Shown here piece after piece: positions 54,389 to 64,000 of a DNA stretch of 64,000 nucleotides. How positions within the stretch are numbered: the stretch's first letter is position 1; each line of letters starts with the position of its first letter. The stretch is from assembly GCF_009914755.1 (NCBI RefSeq), contig NC_060930.1; one strand, given 5' to 3'. The position numbers and the translations under genes were made by a program. Under the pieces are notes generated by a model, which saw nothing but the letters and a program-made list of their open reading frames with translations, ran no database searches and was not told where the DNA came from. Origin of the DNA: the human T2T-CHM13v2.0 reference genome, Homo sapiens.

Positions 54389-55022
54389 ACTTTTCAATAT
54401 TTTTAATACACATATAATCATATACAAATATAGATACAGAGACATATTTGACCTTTTGGGTCACTGTTTAACAAGCATGTAATAATTGTATCACTTTTCT
54501 GAAAATTGCCTTTCTCATTCAATAATACCTGATGGACATCCCTTAATGTCAGTGTTTTCATAGATATACAATACTCTCTGATGCGTATATTCTGTAAATT
54601 ACTAAATTTCTCTTTAAAAAGAATGTTATTGAGGTCAGCTGTGGCCCAGAGATAAGTTACAGGATAAATAAGGCCATAGCAGCTTTGAATTTTCTTCCTT
54701 TTGGTTATGTATGTGTTTATATATATTATTTTCCTCTGCTCTTTTCTTCCATTGTTTTACGTAATAATCACTGATGGTGGTTAACTTTACAACTTAGCTT
54801 TTAGATTTAGAACATTTGGGTGGGATTTTGCTTGGACTCAAGTGGGACTTTACGTCACACTGAGATGGGTGCAGCAACTAATGGAACTGTCATCTCGCCT
54901 TTCTGGCTGAGCAATGTCATTGGTACAAATTATGGCTGCGTCTTATTGGGAATAAGCATGAGTTGTTTTGTGTGGCAGTTCAAACACGGGTAAAGGAAAT
55001 CAATGGAAGCGAGTAGGAGGAC

Positions 55023-55903
55023 TGTGCCTACTGTTTACCTTAGTCTCTCGACTCATTGTCTATATTCTGTTCTGTAATGCTGGGGCTAAAACTACATTTC
55101 TCAGTCTAGTTTGTGTTGCTGTAACAGAATATCTGAGACTGGATAATTTACAATGAACAGAAATTCATTTTCTTACCATTACGGAGGCCAGGGAGTCCAA
55201 GATCCAGGCAACAGCATTTGGCGAGGGTCGCGTTGCCGTGTCCTTTAATGATAGAAGGCAGATGGGCTGAGAAGGGAGGCAGGGCACAGACAAGAGGGGT
55301 CAAACTTACCCTTTCATGACAACATTAATTCCGCCCATGAGGTCGGAGTCCGCATGGCCTAATCACCCTCAAAGTTTCCACCTCTTAATACTGTCACACT
55401 GGCAGCTCAATTTTAGCACAAGTTTTTTGGAGGGGACAAACACTCAAACCACAGCACTCTGCAAACTGCACTTGCAAGATAGCTGGCTTTTATTACTTGC
55501 ATTTCCCTTCATAGCAGGCTTCTTATTAGGTTCTGCCAATGGGAGCTCCTAGGAGTTTGAAAGATGAGAAGAGAGGAGCGACTTCCTCATATTCTCCTGT
55601 TTCTGTCAATTGGCTCCAGCCCCAGTTGAGTCCCACCCACTTCATGCTGAGCACCAGTGCCAAGGAACCCTGCTCTGAGCACTGCTTGCCTTAGGTTCTG
55701 GTAACCTTCCCTCTCTTTTTTTGCACCACCATCCCCAGCCACGGACGGGCAGCTTCTTTAGTTCCTAATATCGGGGTTGTTTCACCTCGCATTTTACCCT
55801 TCCAGACTTCCAACACCTATGTAACCAATTCATCTGGTTAAATTCCCTCTGTTTGAATTACCAGTGCAGTTTTTACTTTCCTGTCTGGACCCTGACTGAC
55901 ACA
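55023..55903 (+). mobile_element. LTR33-like ERVL LTR interrupted by an MST LTR
   Basis: TGT start after a purine-rich tract; TTAGGTTCTGCCAATGGGAG; end TTTCCTGTCTGGACCCTGACTGACACA. Confidence 0.65.
55098..55456 (-). mobile_element. MaLR LTR, MSTC/D-like
   Basis: GTTGCTGTAACAGAATATCTGAGACTGGATAATTTA..GGAGGGGACAAACACTCAAACCACAGCA. Confidence 0.85.
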
Positions 55904-56602
55904 AATCCCATCTCACACTGTGAATCTTAGAGCCTGAGTAACATAAGCCTACTTAACAAATGTCTGACATCACAACCTCAATCAGGGAGCTAAAAGTCAG
56001 TTAGCATGGTCCTCCAGTCTATAGATACAGTGAAAAGGGAATGCTCGTGCAACCCCCGTGACAAACAGTTCATGCCTTCTTAGCCCAGTACTGATTGCAG
56101 TGGAATTGCATTGCTGAGTACTTACTGAACATCAGCTACCACCTGGCAGTTACATTCACATAGAGAATGTGAGTGTAGAAGCTCTATCATCCCTGTCTGC
56201 CTTCAAGGTGCTTTTCACAGGGGAGGTCAATGTTCTCAACGTGGGACAGGTGCATGACAGAGTTATGTGCAAAATAATTTGGGAGGAAGAGGAAGAAAAG
56301 ATTTACAATATCTCTTCCCTGCACTCACTCTCAGCACTCACCACCCACTCACATACTATGCATTTGTTTACTGCCATAAAATATGGGCTCCATGAAGGAG
56401 CATGTTTTATCTGTTTCACTCACGAAATAATTCCCAGTACGTAGCAGAGTGACCAACACATGGTAGGTACTGAAGAAAAATTTTCAAATTAATTAATGAA
56501 ATTATCAAACAAGTGAACAAAAAGATATGCTTGAAGAGGCTTTGTATAATATTAATACTATATCAATAAAGTGTGAACAATTTAAATAACAGTATATGAT
56601 AG

Positions 56603-56941
<339 letters not shown>

Positions 56942-57000
56942 GGATAGATTATATAACCTTTGGAAATATTTTGAGCCATGCATCCATTAAAAATAAAACT

Positions 57001-57323
57001 CTGGGTGGCTCGTGCCTTTAATCCCAGTCTTTGGAAGGCTGAAACAGGTGGATCCCTTGAACCCAAGAGTTTAAGATCAGCCTGGGCAACATGGTGAAGC
57101 CCTGATTTACAAAAAATAAAAAAATTTGCCGGGCATAGTGGCATGCACCTATAGTCCCAGCTACTCCGGTTACTCAGAAGGCTGAGGTGGGAAAAATCAC
57201 TTGAGCCTGGGAGGTCAAGCCTGCAATGAGCCGTGATTGAGCCACGGCACTCCAGCCTGGGCAACGGAGTGAGACCCTGTCTCAAAAACAAATGAATAAA
57301 AATAAACAAATAAATCAACAAAA
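57001..57323 (+). mobile_element. Alu, AluJ-like
   Basis: TTGAGCCTGGGAGGTCAAGCCTGCAATGAGCCGTGAT; A-rich tail. Confidence 0.92.
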
Positions 57324-57367
57324 CTCTAACAATGTGCTTGTGCACACAAAGTTGTTCATGATGTAAC

Positions 57368-57993
<626 letters not shown>

Positions 57994-58034
57994 AGCATTA
58001 TTAAGTAAAGAAAAAAAGCTCAAAAGAAAAGTTT

Positions 58035-58550
58035 GCTGTCCAAAGTTCATTCCTTTTTTCTAGGAACAGCACCAAAACTTGTTTCTAAGAACCACCTCTT
58101 TCCATCTTCACCACATGGCTGGTGGTTTGGCTTCTCAGGAGTGTCCCCTTGCATAAGCCAGTCAGCACATCCCACCCAACTGGCCACATCTGTGGCTATG
58201 GCACCCAATTATGAAAAATAAGATTGCAAGAGTTTCCTGAGGCTTCTGTAAAAAAGAAAATATGTTTCTTCTTAAGGAGCCACTCAGGATCCTCTCTTGC
58301 CCCGAGTGGTACAGAATGATGACAGGTACTTTGCTGCCATGTTTGATGGTTGGGGACAGTGGACCCAACAGCTCAGAGAGCAGAGTGAAGAGAAAGAGAA
58401 ACCAACTCATTCAAGCCACTTATTCTTGTCTCCCAGAAGGTAACCCTGCTCTGGAGTTTCAGTTTGGTAAGTCTATGCATTCTATTACTGCTTGGGTCCA
58501 GACGAATTGAGTTTCCTGTCATTTGGGATTAAAGGAGTCTGGGCTGATAT
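58035..58550 (+). mobile_element. Ancient MaLR LTR (MLT1K/L-like)
   Basis: End resembles an MLT1 3' terminus (GAGTTTCCTGTCATTTG..AAAGGAGTCTGGGCTGATA); heavily diverged. Confidence 0.5.
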
Positions 58551-60439
58551 GCAGAGCATGATTCCAACTTGATTTTCTAAACATATTTTAAATATACAAT
58601 CAAAATTTTAGAAGTATCATCAAAACCCACTATTTTCACCTACCAATCCACTCCTCAGTGTCCAAGCGTTTGCTTTTATTCCTCCAAGAAATAGCTGTGG
58701 CAGCCAGTGAGATTCATTTATACACAAATGGAAAGAGAGTTTCCAGATAAATCCTGCAAGAGATCACAGTGGCTTGAGCATGGTCGTGGTGGATGCGTGA
58801 GAGAGAGTGATGCGGAGTGTGTAGGAAAGGTCAAAAAGAATGTTGAAGAAAAGGTTAACAGTGGTTGTCTTGGTTAGTATATTGCTTTGTTTTTCTTTTT
58901 ACTTATTTGTATTTTCTAAGCTTTCTAGAATAAACTTGTATTTTCTGGGTCATATTTCTGGGTCTCTGCCCTAGCTCACAGGATGGATATCATTATTGAC
59001 ATGATATCAATATAATTTTAATCTCAACCTAAGATAATACAGTACTCTGAGTTCCTAATTCTGTTTGGTTAAGTTGCAAATTCTTAGAAGTTACAACATG
59101 ACTGGGGGGTTTTGCTAAATAGACTGAACAAAGCAAGAGACACAGATTGGGAGGTTTTGCTAAATAGACTGAACAAAGCAAGAACCTAGACTCTAATTCC
59201 AGGTTTTCTGTTCCACTCTAGCTTCAGACTTTACTCCTAATTTTTATTAATGTGAACATCTGAGCACACCAGAAAGAATAATAAGAACCACAGAGAAAGA
59301 AGAGTCCTCTAGAAGAATGATAATATCTTCTACATCAGAAATAGGAGCACTAGTATTATAGCATCTGGTAAAGTCATGAGGAAAGATCCTCCAAATAAGG
59401 GCTGTCCCAAACTATCTGCAGTTATGCTTTCCAAGCTTCCTGGTGTTGGCCCCATGTTTGGGGTGTACCAGGAGAGAGTGAGGGGTTCCAAGGGAAGGCC
59501 GGAGGTGCTGGGGATCTCAGGCATCATAAGTAACAATGACAAAAACACGGATGTGCAGAAATCAATAAGCCGAGACTCACTCAGGAGGCTTTGAGAAGCC
59601 AGTCGGTGCCTATGGACCAGGCTGAACATCTGTCAGGCAAACAAAAAGCAAACAGAGAAGAACAAAGGAGAGTGGGATTATTTTCACTCAAGTTCTTCTT
59701 CAGGCTCAGCAGGTGACATCCAAGCTGCTTGGCCTTCCTTCCTTCAGACACTGAACCTCCATGGAGGGTATGCTGCCCAGAAAACTCCAAACCAGCAACC
59801 CCAGCACAAAAGAAGGACGAAAACAAAGTGCAGATGGAAAATTCAGGCAGAGCCACACTGTGGCCATGTCAAAACTTCGCACATCCTCGCTAATTTCCAC
59901 AGAACCATTTTGTTTGAGTGGCAGAACCATCAATCTCCAAGGGGCGTATAAGTCCAGTTAATCGAACTCTTACTCCACCGCTTTTTCATTCTTAAGGCCT
60001 GAAGTTGGAGAAAAGGAGGAAAGCGGAGCAGCCATGGGTCTTTGCAAAACGAACAGAGCTCAGAGATAGCGAGATCCCAGGCACAGGCGCAGCCATTAGT
60101 AACAAAAACAGCTCACAGTGGGGAAGTCCATGCTATGCTACGTGCCAGCTTCTCTTACTGCCTTTAGTCTTCACCCAGCTGCTATGAGGTAGATTCTGCT
60201 ACTATCCAGACCTTTGTGCACACTAGAGACACGAGGTGTCCCCTGGGGTTGGGAGTGGGGCTGCCACAAGTCTTCCCTAATCAACAGATGACAAAACTGC
60301 TCAGGAATTAGCCCAAATTCCCACAGCTGGTATGTGACTAGGTTATATTGCATTACAAACCTACCAACAAAATTAAGATCACCAAGTAATATTTATAAGG
60401 TGGCTTGGGGGTCAAGTTTTATGGGTTAAGTTTAGACAC

Positions 60440-60957
60440 ACCCATCACAATGATTTTTAAATATGTCCACAAATTCTTTGATATTCTTCCCTTCAAAAGG
60501 CAGTCTAATTCCTTTCCCCTTAAGCGTGGCAGTGCTTCACAACTCACTTCATACAAATCGAACATGAAGCAATGAAGAGGTGTCACTTGTCATAAGAAAG
60601 CATGTGTACCCTGCTCACTTTCTTGGGTCACTTGCTCTGGGGGAACCCAGCTGCCACTCAAGCAGCACTATGGAGAGTCCTTGTGGTGAGAAGCTGAAAC
60701 CCCCACCCAGCAGCCAATACCAACTGGCCAGGCATGGGATTCAGCCATTTTAGAAGCAGATCTTCCAACCAGGTCAAGGTCAAGGTCAAGCCTTCAGACG
60801 ACTTCAGCCCCAGCTTCATGACAGTGTCCTAAGAGACCCTGAGCCCGAACTACCCAGCAAAGCTACACTTACAGACTGTGTTAGAGGATAACTGGTTATT
60901 GATTAAACCATTTAATTTGGGGGGTGATTTGTCATGCATCAGTAGATAACTAAGACA
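60440..60957 (+). mobile_element. MaLR LTR, MLT1F-like
   Basis: ATGTCCACAAATTCTTTGATATTCTTCCCTTCAAAAGG..TGCATCAGTAGATAACTAAGACA. Confidence 0.8.
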
Positions 60958-61074
60958 TCCACCTTTATCTACCTTATGCCTATTATGAGATACCACAATT
61001 GCCAAGGCTGAAATTTAACGTAAATGCCCTCTCCCTCTCGGTGAAACCAGAGACTCGCAGGCACTGTGGAATGA

Positions 61075-61900
61075 CAAAGCTGACAAAGCTGTTCCCCAAA
61101 CTCACCTCACTCTCCCAGGGCACAGCTGGACTGCACTTCTCAGCCCCCTTGCAGTTGGGTGCAATGGGACTGAGGTACGGTCAGTGGAATATGGGCCAAA
61201 GCGTTTATACTGCTTCCAAGCCTGACTCATAAAACCTTCCCAGGTGGCCTGCTATAAACTGAATGCACCCCAGAATTCACATGTTGAAGGCCTAATCCCG
61301 GTGTGACCATGTTTGGAGATAGGGCTTTTAGGAGGTAAAGTTAAATGAGGTCAAAAGAATAGCGCCGGGAGCCAATAGGATAGGTGGCCTTAAAAGAAGA
61401 GGAAGAGAAGTGTTTCTCATTCCACATGCACACACCAAGGAAAGGCCAAGTGAGGACACAGCAAGAAGGCAGCCATCTGCAACCCAAGGAGAGAGCCCTC
61501 CCCAGAGCCTGACCCTGCTGATGCCTTGATCTCAGACTTCCAGCCTCCAGAACTGGGAGAAAATAAATTCCTGTTGTTTAAGTCACCCAGTCGTCTACGG
61601 TATTTTGTTACGGCAGCCTGAGCAGACTAAGACAGATACTCCATGTTCCCTCTTTTCCAATCTGCCTGCTGGATATTGAGACTCAGGATAACCTTGGAAA
61701 TCACACATGGAAGGTGGCAGAACCCCCATCAGCTTGGGTGCCTGAATGTCTACATGGAGCAGAGACCTACCACCACCACTGCTATAACCACTCATCAGGA
61801 ACTCCTACCATGAGCTTCACAAGAAAGAAACTTCTATTGTGTTTTGCCACTAAAAGTTCAGGTTTGTTCATTATGGTAGCTAGTATTCTGTAACTAATAC
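61075..61900 (+). mobile_element. MLT1I/J-like LTR split by an MLT1A insertion
   Basis: CAGCCCCCTTGCAGTTGG..CATAAAACCTTCC on the left; CAGCTTGGGTGCCTGAATG..AAGAAAGAAACTTCTATTGTGTT..TAACTAATAC on the right. Confidence 0.7.
61250..61634 (+). mobile_element. MaLR LTR, MLT1A-like
   Basis: TGCTATAAACTGAATG..GTGAGGACACAGCAAGAAGGCAGCCATCTGCAA..GCAGCCTGAGCAGACTAAGACA. Confidence 0.9.
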
Positions 61901-62447
61901 CTGTTACATTCATTGTGTTAATTATATCAGAGTTTCTTTGTATGTATGCTAACATTAGGGAATTAATTTATTTCACTAGTCTGTAGTTTCAACTCCCGCA
62001 GACTGACTCAGAAAACAATGATATACAACTGCTTTTGGTGGGGCCAGTTTCTTGTTCAGGATAATGCATTCCAGTGCCTATATGAGCCCAGGGCTGTGGT
62101 TTTGGGGGTGCCTGTTTGACTCTAATGGATGCCATCAGACAACTCTTGTTCACAGGGTGGGAAATCTTCACTTTTCAGTGAAATCTTTGAATGCTGGGTT
62201 AGAGACAAGGCACATGCAGGGTTGTCTAGTAATGCTAGAATACTAGGTATTCTAGTAATGTTTGCCATGCTTTCTCTCTTTCTGAAAGATATTAATCTCC
62301 TTCTACATCCAGGGCACATTAACACACTGTCCAAAATTCCCAAGGGGAATAGAACTTTCTTTCCCCTGTCATTGGGAAAGCCAAATTTTCCCATAGAATT
62401 CAGTATAGTGTTTGCTTACATGGATTACGGTGGTTACCATTTCCTAA

Positions 62448-62809
<362 letters not shown>

Positions 62810-63429
62810 TCAGTTTTCTCATCTACACAGTGGGCATAATGATAGTATCTACCTCAAAGGAGTGTTGTGAAGATTGCGTTGGATAATATGTGTCAATCAT
62901 GGATCATAGTGACCAATGCACAATATCAGTAAGTCATGACTATTAATGTCACTATGGTGATAGTGAAAGTGATTGCTACTACCCCTGCCAAGGAATAAAA
63001 GATCCCAGGCTCTGGGAAAAGTCCTACATTTCATTCCCATTTACTGGAGGAGCCCCCAGGACAGCCCTTTAACCTGGGCATTGGATGCCATTGGCCCAGG
63101 CCTTCTTGCAATTCTCTACCTGGCTACTGGTTCTACTGGCCACCTCAGACCTCTAGCCTGTGACAGCACAGCCACCCTCTCCCTGGCAGACATGCCACTC
63201 ACAAACAGGGCCCCAAGGGGCCCAGAGGGGACAGGGCTCTGCAAGACTCACTTTCTTCCCAGATGAGACTGTTGAATCCAAGTAAATGGGGCTGTGCTCC
63301 AGGAACTTGTGGGACTCCTTTGTCTAGAGTCATACACCTGAGCAGCCTCCCTGGTCCCATGAAGGTACTACTCCATCACCCACCCTTAATTCCTAGCCCT
63401 GCTCTTTGTGCCTATTTCTAATGAGGACC

Positions 63430-63790
63430 AGGAGGTAAGGAGGAGAGGAGAAGGAGGTGAGGAGGAGGGGGGGAGGAGAGGAGGAGAGGAGGTGAGGAGG
63501 GGAGGAGGAGGGGAGGAGAGGAGGAGGAGGGGAGGAGGGGAGGAGAGGAGGAGGAGGGGAGGAGGGGAGGAGAGGAGGAGGAGGGGAGGAGGAGGGGAGG
63601 AGGGGAAGAGGAGGGGAGGAAGAGAGGAGGAGAGGAGGAGGGCAGGAGGGGAAGAGGAGGAGGTGAGGAGGGGAAGAGGAGGAGGTGAGGAGGAGGGGAG
63701 GAGAGGAGGAGAGGAGGTGAGGAGGTGAGGAGGAGAGGAGGAGGGGAGGAGAGGAGGTGAGGAGGGGAGGAGGAGAGGAAGGTGAGGAGG
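63430..63790 (+). repeat. GA-rich polypurine (GGA/GGGGA/GGAGA) tract
   Basis: ~360 bp of nearly pure G/A with sparse T. Confidence 0.96.
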
Positions 63791-63954
63791 ATGGTGGACA
63801 TGTGAGTACTGAGGCTCCCGGATCTCAGAATCCATGAAAGGCGGATTTGTAGCTGCTCCTCTTCCTCACACCTGCCAGTCACCATGTCCTGCAGATCTGC
63901 CTCCTAAGCACCTCTCAATTCACCACTTTTCTCCACTATAACTCTCTTTTTAAT

Positions 63955-64000
63955 ATTTATGTATTTATTTATTTATTTTGAGACAGGGTCTCACTGTGTT
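63955..64000 (-). mobile_element. Alu 3' end, cut by the window edge
   Basis: (TTTA)n then GAGACAGGGTCTCACTGTGTT. Confidence 0.85.

Noticed and set aside
63386-63885. Pro/Ser/Leu-rich and Arg/Gly/Glu-rich ORFs
   Set aside because: Low-complexity GA tract that lacks stop codons by composition.

Overview
This is human genomic DNA, not microbial: it holds about 14 Alu SINEs, one with the human-specific AluYb8 diagnostics. I recognise no protein-coding gene, rRNA, tRNA or CRISPR array. The long ORFs come from minisatellites whose unit length is a multiple of 3, from low-complexity tracts or from Alus. The window has a GC-rich left and middle part and an Alu/L1/LTR-dense right part. It carries at least 9 minisatellites (units of 33, ~37, ~56, 39, 20, 31/27, 54, 33, 39 and 33 bp), a density typical of subtelomeric bands; I cannot name the locus. 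Fossil elements include an ERV1-type internal region with PBS and LTR end, an ERV-L pol/dUTPase remnant, MaLR LTRs, old L1s, and MER5A, MER53 and MER119 DNA transposons. The most interesting signals are: (1) CpG/GC gain in VNTR cores versus their edge units; (2) a CpG-island VNTR inside a Kozak-initiated 243-aa ORF; (3) a hairpin at the start of the 20-bp VNTR; (4) a VNTR made of branchpoint+CAG units followed by a donor; (5) a TGACGTG motif array with a 268-bp higher-order repeat; (6) a candidate spliced small-ORF/lncRNA at 31.9-34.7 kb. I found no convincing new multi-gene system. Repeat subfamily names come from recall of consensus sequences and need Dfam/RepeatMasker confirmation.
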